DNA from: a virus
Lineage: Duplodnaviria; Caudoviricetes
IMG/VR virus record: IMGVR_UViG_3300032305_002820
Location: 1 to 33,269 of that record
Strand: one strand, 5' to 3'
Length of the DNA: 33,269 nt
The translations under genes and the position numbers were made by a program. Shown one piece after another: positions 25,819 to 33,168 of this stretch. Positions within the stretch are counted from its first letter, which is position 1. Each line of letters opens with the position of its first letter. The notes under the pieces were generated by a model. That model saw only the letters and a program-made list of their open reading frames with translations. It made no database searches and was not told where the DNA came from.

Positions 25819-27977
25819 TAAACTTGTGCGGGCTGGTTGGAGTTTCTTATTTGATCGTTCAAGATTTCTGTTCTAGCTTTCACGATCATGTCAAGTCTGC
25901 TTGCTTCTCTGTCTGCTTGTCTATTAACGTCTTCAAACTCTAAGTTGTCTTGATGCTTCTCTATATCAAATTTAACTTGAGCTTTCTTTATATCTAACTC
26001 TTGCTGTGCTTGATCAGCTTTGATTTGAAGCTCTTGTTGTTTTAGTTGTAATTCTTGTTGCTTTAACTGTAGCTCAGCTTGTGCAAGCATCTCTTCAGCT
26101 GAAGGTTGCTTTTGCTCTTCTTTCTCTTCTTTTCTTTGTAAAGATTCCTCGACATTCCTGCCGACTTTGAAAGGCTTACTTATAAACATTAAGAATTGTT
26201 GGAATGCTTCGGGCGTTATGATTTGAGATTGAAGCAGCGGGAAAAATGCACTAGAGAAATTGCTAATTGCAGTTATATATTCGATTCTACTTTGCTTTTC
26301 CTGCTGCTGATCAATTCTTATTGTTGAGTCGGTCTCAACATCAACTAAAAAAGTGCGCATTTTGTCGCTCTTAATCAAAAAATCTAATTCTTGAAGCTGC
26401 TGCGGGGTTATTGCATAACCTTTAAGTAATTCCAGCGGCTGCTTTAAAGTTTCTTTAAACCCTTTTTCTGCTTGCTGCTTAAGCATATCAATTTTTTCAT
26501 TGATTTGCGGGTCATTTGGGTCAATTTGCTTTTGAGCTTCCATCATCAAGACCTTTTGCCTGTCTCTTGTCTGCGCTGCTATTGTCTCAATATCTATGAC
26601 TTTTAAGCTAGTCATTTCTGCTAGCTCTTGAGTTGTGTAGTTTTCAACTGCTAGCTCTATTAGTAATCGAATTAAATCTCGACTCCAGAACTCTATTTCT
26701 TTTTGGATAGGCTGTATTCTTGATATAGCAAAATTACCCTTCAATTGCTGCGCTGTTGCAGTTTCTGAAGCTGTTGAAACGCCCCTCACAATATCAGAAA
26801 TACCCGTGATGTCTCTTATTGCGTTGATGATCTCAATTTTATGCTGCTGTAATTCTCTTATAGTTAAAATAATCTCGTTCAAAGGCTTAAATAAGACTAA
26901 ATCACTAACTTTTTGAATTCCTGTTGTGCTGCGTAAAGGAGAGAAAGAGCCATCATCGCCATTAAACAGATTTTCAATATCAGACTGTTCGGCGGTAGAA
27001 GAATAAACACCTGTTGCTTTGCATTGCTCTATTAGAGACTTAATTCTTGCATCTATCTTGTTTAACTCTTCCGCTTGGCTCTTATATAGTCTATAGAGCG
27101 GAATAGGGGTTAATGAAGTTGGGTCAGATTTGCTGCCTAGAGGTGCTGGAATCGGGAAGAATCCTTTTAAATTGTAAGGGTTTTCTTGTTCGTCTAAAAG
27201 AAGGCCGTTTCCGCCGATAGTTAAAAATAAAACTTTCTCGCTCTCTCTATCCCAAACTTCCCAAATCTCAGCAACTTTAAAATTATCGTCATCGCTAGTT
27301 ATTGAGCTGCTTGAGTAATCGAGTCGCTTTTTATTCAAATCAACCGCACTTCCTTTTTTACCAAAATCTTCAACTAACTCATCCCTTGTTTTAAAGTGTC
27401 TGAACGCTATCCAACGAACTTTAGACCACTCTTTTTCTTGCGAAATCCTGAAATTATTCCAGTCAACATATTCTAAACGACATTTTTTTTCAGAATTATC
27501 GATTTCTTGGATAATCTCTCCGCCGTCTTCAATTTCGATTACTTCCTCGGGATCATACACAACTCTCGCAACACCACGTCCACCAATGAGAAAATCGTCT
27601 CTACATTTGCCAATAACGTCTTCAGCTTCTGAATCGCTAAGATATAAATTGACCACTCGCTCCATCATTTCAGAAGCTATTTTTGCAACCTTGTTTTCGT
27701 CTGTAAATCTTTGTGTTATGTTAGCTTTTGGAAGCTTGGAGAATATAAGAGGGCGTAATGTCTGTGTATTTGACCAAAAAACATTGTAACGCTTAGATTC
27801 TATGCCGCTTTTTGTATTATATTCGTCTTTATAAATTTGAAAATACTTTTCTGCTTCGTCTCTCCAAGGTTTTTCGTTTTGATCTGAGCTTTCTATTTCT
27901 TTAGTCCAGAACTCAACAATTGCGCTTTCTTTTTTTGATGAAGAATTTTTGCTGTTTGTTTTAGTTTCTATATCCAC
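25818..27977 (-). CDS. Portal protein (long, with C-terminal Q-rich barrel as in P22-type portals)
   Basis: NVFWSN.QTL.P and ITGISDIVRG...ETATAQQLK motifs, a long C-terminal QQELQLK coiled coil, and position after terL. Confidence 0.9.
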   Translation of the reverse strand: MDIETKTNSKNSSSKKESAIVEFWTKEIESSDQNEKPWRDEAEKYFQIYKDEYNTKSGIESKRYNVFWSNTQTLRPLIFSKLPKANITQRFTDENKVAKIASEMMERVVNLYLSDSEAEDVIGKCRDDFLIGGRGVARVVYDPEEVIEIEDGGEIIQEIDNSEKKCRLEYVDWNNFRISQEKEWSKVRWIAFRHFKTRDELVEDFGKKGSAVDLNKKRLDYSSSSITSDDDNFKVAEIWEVWDRESEKVLFLTIGGNGLLLDEQENPYNLKGFFPIPAPLGSKSDPTSLTPIPLYRLYKSQAEELNKIDARIKSLIEQCKATGVYSSTAEQSDIENLFNGDDGSFSPLRSTTGIQKVSDLVLFKPLNEIILTIRELQQHKIEIINAIRDITGISDIVRGVSTASETATAQQLKGNFAISRIQPIQKEIEFWSRDLIRLLIELAVENYTTQELAEMTSLKVIDIETIAAQTRDRQKVLMMEAQKQIDPNDPQINEKIDMLKQQAEKGFKETLKQPLELLKGYAITPQQLQELDFLIKSDKMRTFLVDVETDSTIRIDQQQEKQSRIEYITAISNFSSAFFPLLQSQIITPEAFQQFLMFISKPFKVGRNVEESLQRKEEKEEQKQPSAEEMLAQAELQLKQQELQLKQQELQIKADQAQQELDIKKAQVKFDIEKHQDNLEFEDVNRQADREASRLDMIVKARTEILNDQIRNSNQPAQV

Positions 27978-27980
27978 TTT

Positions 27981-29444
27981 TTATTCGTAGTTTTGAGCTT
28001 CTAAACTATACTTCTTCAATAAATCCTTTTTAAAATTGCTATGGTTAAAGTCTTTATACCACTGTTCACTCGATTCTAGCTGCGTTTTAGGAAGATCAAC
28101 CACCACAGGTCTACTCATACACAAATAGCGCAAAGTATCAACTGCGTGATCTTCTAGATCGCTGTTTAAATCCTCGGGCTTAGAAACATCGTATTGCATC
28201 ACTGGCAACGTTCTTAATAAATTCTTACAATCGCTAACTATGTAGAGCAGGGGCTTATCATCCACCCCGTTTAATCTAGCTCTAATTTGTTGCCATCCCG
28301 AAACTCTTTTATTGTCCGCTGGTCTCCAATAAATATCTTCTTTAGCCATCTGATCCGCTATAGATTCCCCAACAGAGACATCAAAAATAGCAGGATCGGC
28401 CACCATATCGTTCATTTTTTCACCTAACTGCATTGTTTTAGTATTTTTAGCAATTTCAGGTGGGTTAATTTTTATTCCTTCGTTTGCTTTACCTGTCGTG
28501 CCGTAATATTCACGATAAATAATGATTGAGCCTCTTGGAAATACTCTTCTAATACCTCCGACGTTTACAAGTGAGCCGTCAGAAACAGCCCCCCATAATA
28601 CGCAGAACGGCCTTGAATATCCCCAGTCAAAAGCTCTAATTCTAAACCACTCATTAGGTAGCAAGAAAGGCTCAACAACGTGAATATCTTTATCGAATTT
28701 ATCAAAATAAGCTCCTTCTATAGCGTCCCAGTCGCCATTTAACATCGCTTTAGCTAAAGCTCCGCCTAAACCAATTAACTTGTTGGCGTAAAATGGATCG
28801 TTTGCCATCATTGTCGGGTTATCATCTAACTTGGCGGGTATAAATTGCCTAAGCATTCCACCTTCTTCGGGTAACATCTGGCGGATTTCCATTGATTTAC
28901 AATTATCAATGAACATTTCTTTAACAAATTGATGACCAATTCCAGTCGGATTTGACCCCGCTATAATAAGCGGTAACTTTTTTTTATATTTTTCTGGAAC
29001 TTGTAAAGAACCAAGGCGACAGCGTCCACGCAAGAATTTATAAATCTTTTCTGAGAAGTGTGTTAGCTCATCAATTAGCAGAACGTTTATTTCTGCGCCC
29101 TGGTATTTTATGACGTCTTTCTCATGCTGACAGTGAGCTAAATAAATTTTAGCCCCATTCCAGAAAGTTATTTCGCTTTCTGAAATTCTAACATGTTTAG
29201 ATTTAATAAAAAGAGATAGTAAAGCAGCAAAGCCACTCGCTCCCTCAATATGATTCTTCGCTAAATCTGCGAAGATACGTCGAAATAAGTAAATTTGTAT
29301 GTTTGGAATTTCTAGAGCTAAAACAATTGCAATTACTCGCATTGTGTGACTCTTGCCACCTCCAGCTGCTCCGCCGTAAAGAATCTCAGTAGCTTCACTT
29401 AAGAAGCATGCTGATTGCTTCGGGTGCAGCTCTAAATTAATCAC
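27981..29444 (-). CDS. terL: Terminase large subunit
   Basis: YGGAAGGGKS (Walker A), LLIDELTHF (Walker B), GSNP.GIGH, AFDWG and EDHAVDTLRY motifs. Confidence 0.96.
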   Translation of the reverse strand: MINLELHPKQSACFLSEATEILYGGAAGGGKSHTMRVIAIVLALEIPNIQIYLFRRIFADLAKNHIEGASGFAALLSLFIKSKHVRISESEITFWNGAKIYLAHCQHEKDVIKYQGAEINVLLIDELTHFSEKIYKFLRGRCRLGSLQVPEKYKKKLPLIIAGSNPTGIGHQFVKEMFIDNCKSMEIRQMLPEEGGMLRQFIPAKLDDNPTMMANDPFYANKLIGLGGALAKAMLNGDWDAIEGAYFDKFDKDIHVVEPFLLPNEWFRIRAFDWGYSRPFCVLWGAVSDGSLVNVGGIRRVFPRGSIIIYREYYGTTGKANEGIKINPPEIAKNTKTMQLGEKMNDMVADPAIFDVSVGESIADQMAKEDIYWRPADNKRVSGWQQIRARLNGVDDKPLLYIVSDCKNLLRTLPVMQYDVSKPEDLNSDLEDHAVDTLRYLCMSRPVVVDLPKTQLESSEQWYKDFNHSNFKKDLLKKYSLEAQNYE

Positions 29445-29884
29445 CTATTTAAAATAAGATTGACTTGCGGCACAAGAGGAGCTTCCGAATCGCCTCTAAT
29501 AGTTGTTGAATCTCCGTAACGTTTCGGCTTAAGCTTTGAAGCTATCCATTTTCTAGCATCTATTCTAAGCCTAGCTTGATTTACTGCGCCTGTATCTATT
29601 TTTCCAAATTGATCAAGTGGCATTACTTCATCAGCGATCTGTAATATCTCTTCAGCGTATAAATCTGCGGCGGCTTCTTTAGCTACATAATAGCTATCAG
29701 AAAAGCTTTTCTTATTTCTAATCCAGCTAAAAATCGTTCTACTAGATGGGAACTTGGGATTATTTTTGACAACATCAGCAATAGAAATTCCTGTAGCTAT
29801 CAAATCACAGATTTGATTGGCTACTTCTTCAGAATACTTTGAGCTATATCTTGTTTTTCCCTTTGTTTTTAGTTTTTTATTCAT
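29441..29884 (-). CDS. terS: Terminase small subunit (Sf6-like)
   Basis: YSEEVANQICDLIATG...PSSRTIFSW...ARLRIDARKWIASKLKPKRYGD. Confidence 0.92.
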   Translation of the reverse strand: MNKKLKTKGKTRYSSKYSEEVANQICDLIATGISIADVVKNNPKFPSSRTIFSWIRNKKSFSDSYYVAKEAAADLYAEEILQIADEVMPLDQFGKIDTGAVNQARLRIDARKWIASKLKPKRYGDSTTIRGDSEAPLVPQVNLILNR

Positions 29885-29896
29885 TTATTGAGCAAC

Positions 29897-29930
29897 AAAA
29901 AAGCCGCCTCCCTTACGAGAAAGCGGCTTT
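29897..29930 (-). terminator. Intrinsic terminator in the late leader (tR'-like)
   Basis: Minus strand AAAGCCGCTTTCTCGTAAGGGAGGCGGCTTTTTT, between the late promoter and terS. Confidence 0.8.
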
Positions 29931-29970
29931 CAAACTTATGCTATTATAATTTTTTTAACGCAAGAATTGC

Positions 29971-30011
29971 ATTATGGAAAAAACCATAAAAAACGAGTTC
30001 CCGATTGTCAA
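29971..30011 (-). promoter_or_regulatory. Late promoter (pR'-like) with sigma70-dependent pause element
   Basis: TTGACA (30011-30006)-N17-TATGGT (29988-29983), with a second -10-like hexamer CATAAT at predicted +1..+6 (29976-29971). Confidence 0.7.
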
Positions 30012-30547
30012 GCGATTTCTTTCTTGTAATAAATAGCTAGTTGAACAAGGGCAGTGATTATTTCGTCTTTAACTGTTGCGTGACGCTTTCTTAGCACCTT
30101 CTCTATTTCATTAATATTTTTTTCAGCACATAGAAACATATCTAAGATGTAAGATTTTTCTTCTAAGTTTTGTTTTGCTTTGTAGTAGCGCAAATAAGCA
30201 TCAATTTGTTTTTGGCTTGGTTCTTTGCTTGAATTTCTTGAGGAGAGGAACGAAGAGCCATCATAAGTTTGTTTGGCCATGTTATCTTTAATGCTGTAAA
30301 GATAATCTCTTGAATATTGAAAGCCTGCCGCAAAAAGCTTGCTGCAAATGCTATTATTTTGATATAAAGACCACAGCGGGCTTTGTATAGCGTATGCAAT
30401 TAGATTATTCTTCATAATATAACCTCTCACTAGCTTACCTTGCTTTTTGAGCTGTTTAATCATGTCAAAATTGATGTTCGAGCCTATTTTACAAGCTGAA
30501 GAGTCAGAAATCGGGTGATTTATTTTTTCTTTAAAAGCTAGTTGCAT
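30008..30547 (-). CDS. Late gene regulator, putative Q-like antiterminator (DUF6456-like)
   Basis: Directly upstream of the late promoter and terS; AAG..Y.RDY motif and a C-terminal HTH-like segment (INEIEKVLRKRHATVKDEIITALVQLAIYY). Confidence 0.65.
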   Translation of the reverse strand: MQLAFKEKINHPISDSSACKIGSNINFDMIKQLKKQGKLVRGYIMKNNLIAYAIQSPLWSLYQNNSICSKLFAAGFQYSRDYLYSIKDNMAKQTYDGSSFLSSRNSSKEPSQKQIDAYLRYYKAKQNLEEKSYILDMFLCAEKNINEIEKVLRKRHATVKDEIITALVQLAIYYKKEIA

Positions 30548-30568
30548 ATTTTTATATTTTTATCCTTG

Positions 30569-30616
30569 ACACAAGATGTAGTGATTTTTTTTATAAAAAG
30601 CTACTACATATTGTTT
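30569..30616. promoter_or_regulatory. Tandem NrdR-box-like operators overlapping divergent promoters
   Basis: ACACAAGATGTAGTGA (30569-30584, 13/16) and CTACTACATATTGTTT (30601-30616, 12/16) versus consensus acaCwAtATaTwGtgt, with a 16-bp gap. Minus-strand CTTGAC (30636-30631)-N17-CAATAT (30613-30608) overlaps box 2; plus-strand TTGACA (30566-30571) overlaps box 1. Confidence 0.72.
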
Positions 30617-30638
30617 TATCATTAAAAAAAGTCAAGAA

Positions 30639-31055
30639 ATGGGAATAGAAAAGAGCCAGCTTTTAGAAAAGTTATTTTATGCAAGTTGCCGCTGTGGTAA
30701 CCTTTATTTGCCTCACCCTGAAAGTTACGCTAAATGCAATGAGTGCAACGAGAAAGAGGACAAGAAGCTTTTAGAAAACTTTCAGGATCAAAATTTCTTC
30801 GTCTTTAGGAATAGGAGGCAATACTCTCTTAATGAAGACAAAGTTAAGGAGATCAGGGAATATTTTTGTGAAAACTATGGCATAAAATTTAAGCAAAGAC
30901 ATCAAGCTAGTAAATTCATAAGAAAAGACTTAGGCATTGAAATAGGTAATAAATTAATAGAATCTATCACTCACGTTGTGGCTTTGAGAAAAGTAGGTAT
31001 GAATTACAAGTATAGACCGTTTAGAAATGATCCAAGGGGATCAAAAAAGGCTTGA
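30639..31055 (+). CDS. Hypothetical protein with N-terminal Zn-ribbon (CxC-x13-CxxC) and basic C-terminal domain
   Basis: CRCGNLYLPHPESYAKCNEC; divergent from the Q-like gene. Confidence 0.65.
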   Translation: MGIEKSQLLEKLFYASCRCGNLYLPHPESYAKCNECNEKEDKKLLENFQDQNFFVFRNRRQYSLNEDKVKEIREYFCENYGIKFKQRHQASKFIRKDLGIEIGNKLIESITHVVALRKVGMNYKYRPFRNDPRGSKKA

Positions 31056-31109
31056 AAAGTTAATTAGATCGGGTTTTTTGGTGTAACCTACAAATTAACG
31101 ATTCTTTTT

Positions 31110-31307
31110 ATGAAAAAAATATCACTAACTTTGATCTTGAGCTTATTCTTATCTAATAACGCATTTGCCGCAGTAAAAAGAGGACATTTTACAAGCGACG
31201 GAACTTATGTGATGGATTATCAAAAAAACGATTACAAAAAGCCGCAAGAAAACGATTACAAAAAGCCACAAAAAAACGATTATTACGATAATAGTTCAAA
31301 TAACTAA
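31110..31307 (+). CDS. Small secreted protein with 8-aa tandem repeats
   Basis: Signal peptide MKKISLTLILSLFLSNNAFA, RGHFTSDGTYV motif, and QKNDYKKP repeats. Confidence 0.7.
   Translation: MKKISLTLILSLFLSNNAFAAVKRGHFTSDGTYVMDYQKNDYKKPQENDYKKPQKNDYYDNSSNN
31221..31286 (+). repeat. 24-bp tandem repeat, about 2.7 copies
   Basis: CAAAAAAACGATTACAAAAAGCCG / CAAGAAAACGATTACAAAAAGCCA / CAAAAAAACGATTATTAC. Confidence 0.85.
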
Positions 31308-31338
31308 AGATTGTAAAATTTACTCCAAAAAACAGCTA

Positions 31339-31366
31339 ATTGCGCATAATGCTGATTATGAGGGTA
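31339..31366 (+). other. dif-like XerC/XerD recombination site
   Basis: ATTGCGCATAA-TGCTGA-TTATGAGGGTA versus E. coli dif GGTGCGCATAA-TGTATA-TTATGTTAAAT: XerC arm 9/11, 6-bp core, inner TTATG of the XerD arm conserved. It is intergenic between convergent genes. Confidence 0.65.
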
Positions 31367-31475
31367 AAAAATCGAGGGTACGAAAGGGTAATTTAAAACT
31401 TCAAATTAGTTGGAAAATTGCTTTTTGAGCAGGTTTGTATAATATAATAACGCGCGTGCGTAATTGTGAAGTTAG

Positions 31476-31676
31476 CTATCTCTTTAAACAATCCAGCTCT
31501 TTTTGCTTAATTCTCTTAAAAATCTCGTAAATATGTAAGAATTGTGTAACAAGCTCAAAATATTCAGAAGACGATTTATCTTTCTTAGTTTTGCTTAATT
31601 CTAGCATTCGTATAATAAGACGCGAGTGTCTTTCTAGAAACTCATCCGCCGACACCTCCACTTCCCCTTCCGACAT
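31476..31676 (-). CDS. Hypothetical protein
   Basis: 66-aa helical ORF directly downstream of the HTH gene. Confidence 0.55.
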   Translation of the reverse strand: MSEGEVEVSADEFLERHSRLIIRMLELSKTKKDKSSSEYFELVTQFLHIYEIFKRIKQKELDCLKR

Positions 31677-31680
31677 AAAG

Positions 31681-31962
31681 CTATTCTTTGTTAGTTTTCA
31701 TTAAATCAATCGCGCTATTAATTGAGCTATTAATCTTATCTAATCTTTCTTTTAAATCTTTGTTTTCAATTCTACAGACTACATTCTCACGCACTGCGTG
31801 CGTGATTTCTTTTTTTTTAAACCAAGTTGAAACCGTTCCTGAACTTACTCCATAAATTTTTGCAACCTTCGCATGTTTCACCTTCTTTTCCTTTAAAAAA
31901 AGAACAAATTCTTCAAATTGTTCTTTAGTTAAAAATTGATTTTCTGCTTTTTTGCGTGCCAT
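31681..31962 (-). CDS. Cro/XRE-type HTH transcriptional regulator
   Basis: KVKHAKVAKIYGVSSGTVSTWF helix-turn-helix and a C-terminal coiled coil; no S24 autopeptidase domain. Confidence 0.78.
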   Translation of the reverse strand: MARKKAENQFLTKEQFEEFVLFLKEKKVKHAKVAKIYGVSSGTVSTWFKKKEITHAVRENVVCRIENKDLKERLDKINSSINSAIDLMKTNKE

Positions 31963-32264
31963 TGTTCTTAAGTAATATAAGAGATAAAAAAAATGCGATG
32001 TTTATATTTTTAAAAGTTTCGATATTAAAGAAACAAGGTTTTTTTCTAAAAAAGAAGCAAAAAGAATAAATTAGTACTTAAGTCAAATTAATATTGACAA
32101 GGCCTAGAATGCTAGCTCAAAAAAATCAAAAGCTATTTATTTCAAGTAAATTTTAAGTAAATTGAATAAATTTTAATTAATATTGTTTGTTAGTAAAGGA
32201 TTTTACTTGACTAGTTATTTTTTACCATTTTAATGATCAGTACTTACGACATTAAATTTTACCT

Positions 32265-32314
32265 AAAAAAAAGGTAGAGAAAAGCTGCTCATCGAAAAGA
32301 GCTTTTCTCTACCT
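32265..32314 (-). terminator. 15-bp perfect hairpin with minus-strand U-tract
   Basis: AGGTAGAGAAAAGCT (32272-32286) / AGCTTTTCTCTACCT (32300-32314), preceded by an A-run on the + strand. Confidence 0.65.
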
Positions 32315-32372
32315 CCTGCTACTTAAACAAGAAAAACAACCCAAATAATAAAACTGCTTTTCCTTTTTTTAT

Positions 32373-32504
32373 ATGAAAACAAAAAATTTTAAATACAATA
32401 TCTCTGTAATTTTAATAAGCTTATGCTTACTAACAGCCTCAATTGACGCATTAAGAGAAGATTTAATCTATAAGCTTGATTTAGCTACCTTAGAGAGGGT
32501 TTAA
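32373..32504 (+). CDS. Small hydrophobic peptide (43 aa), not in ORF track
   Basis: MKTKNFKYNISVILISLCLLTASIDALREDLIYKLDLATLERV*; next ATG 2 nt after the stop. Confidence 0.5.
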   Translation: MKTKNFKYNISVILISLCLLTASIDALREDLIYKLDLATLERV

Positions 32505-32506
32505 TA

Positions 32507-32677
32507 ATGACATATCTTTTACTTCTCATAGTCATGCTTTGCACTGTAAATCTATTAGTAAACCTAAGGAATCTATCTTGTTGTCGCATCATCGGCGAAA
32601 AGTTGGGTTTTATTAAAACAGCGGCCGAAATTCGCGCTGAAATGTTCCAAAATTTATGGAAAAATAGAAAAAAATAA
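32507..32677 (+). CDS. Small membrane peptide (56 aa), not in ORF track
   Basis: MTYLLLLIVMLCTVNLLVNLRNLSCCRIIGEKLGFIKTAAEIRAEMFQNLWKNRKK*. Confidence 0.55.
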   Translation: MTYLLLLIVMLCTVNLLVNLRNLSCCRIIGEKLGFIKTAAEIRAEMFQNLWKNRKK

Positions 32678-32722
32678 AACTTAGTAATCCCCTCATTTCA
32701 AGGAATTATTATTTTTTCAAGA

Positions 32723-32825
32723 ATACCCAGTGGCGTTTTGTCACTTGGTATAGGGGGCGGTTTATCTTTCGTAGGGACTTGACCGCCCACCTACCCAGCA
32801 TTAACTGGTAGCCGTTTAAGGCTAC
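32723..32825. ncRNA. Putative structured regulatory RNA (leader or countertranscript) upstream of the rep operon
   Basis: GC-rich island with four consecutive, partly overlapping hairpins (32723-32751, 32751-32793, 32791-32811, 32808-32825), several with G-U pairs. Confidence 0.55.
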
Positions 32826-32857
32826 TTATAAAATATTTATAAGTTTGTTCATGTCAA
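32824..32857 (-). promoter_or_regulatory. Candidate antisense promoter with palindromic operator
   Basis: Minus-strand TTGACA (32857-32852)-N16-TATTTT (32835-32830); perfect IR ACTTATAAA-ATA-TTTATAAGT (32824-32844). Confidence 0.45.
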
Positions 32858-33168
32858 AACAAAAACAACAATCGAGTCAAATTACTTTTTTTTTTGAAAA
32901 AAAAGACAATCGAGAAAAAGAAGCTATTTCAAGCGTTCTGAACTATCTAAGTTCGTTAATTAAGTCCGCAAAAAAGAATAAACTCGAAATTTTTAACGAT
33001 AAAAATTGGTCAATTTTTGAAAAAAAATTAAACGATTTAAGTATTCATAATCAAAATAGTATACTTCAACGCATCTTCAAAATAGACTTAAAACTTTTAA
33101 AAAAAGGAAATTCAAAGCTTAATAAGTTAGCTTACAAATCCCTTGAAACCCACTTCAAACTTCTTTAA
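32851..33168 (+). CDS. Basic hypothetical protein coupled to the rep gene across the circular junction
   Basis: ATG at 32851 (the track starts at TTG 32845); the stop is followed after 1 nt by the ATG at 33170 (= position 24). Confidence 0.6.
   Translation: MSKQKQQSSQITFFFEKKDNREKEAISSVLNYLSSLIKSAKKNKLEIFNDKNWSIFEKKLNDLSIHNQNSILQRIFKIDLKLLKKGNSKLNKLAYKSLETHFKLL

Noticed and set aside
1726-27789. Antisense/shadow ORFs in the track (e.g. 1726-2133, 2627-2833, 2973-3266, 5126-5404, 8656-8889, 10065-10268, 11184-11366, 12874-13065, 13125-14022 plus-strand ORFs, 16247-16432, 17606-17800, 18809-19198, 21279-21461, 24599-24808, 25112-25537, 27586-27789)
   Set aside because: They lie within or opposite well-supported genes and have no motifs; their S/L/F-rich composition is typical of reverse-frame reads.
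29955-29982. dif-like reading TTAACGCAAGA-ATTGCA-TTATGGAAAAA
   Set aside because: The XerC arm lacks the inner ATAA, and the sequence is already explained as the late promoter pause element; a weak candidate at best.
30163-30399. Alternative-frame ORF inside the Q-like gene
   Set aside because: It is fully nested, with no motif or RBS support.
31681-31962. SOS-inducible CI repressor
   Set aside because: It is only 93 aa with no S24 peptidase domain or Ala-Gly cleavage site; kept as a Cro/XRE-type HTH.
31963-32264. Linear-plasmid telomere (telRL) or defined repressor operators in the AT-rich control region
   Set aside because: There is no long perfect palindrome and no protelomerase. Short AAGTA/TACTT repeats are present but too low in complexity to call.
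32723-32825. tRNA or tmRNA
   Set aside because: There is no acceptor stem, T-loop (GTTCRA) or CCA; the hairpins are serial rather than cloverleaf.
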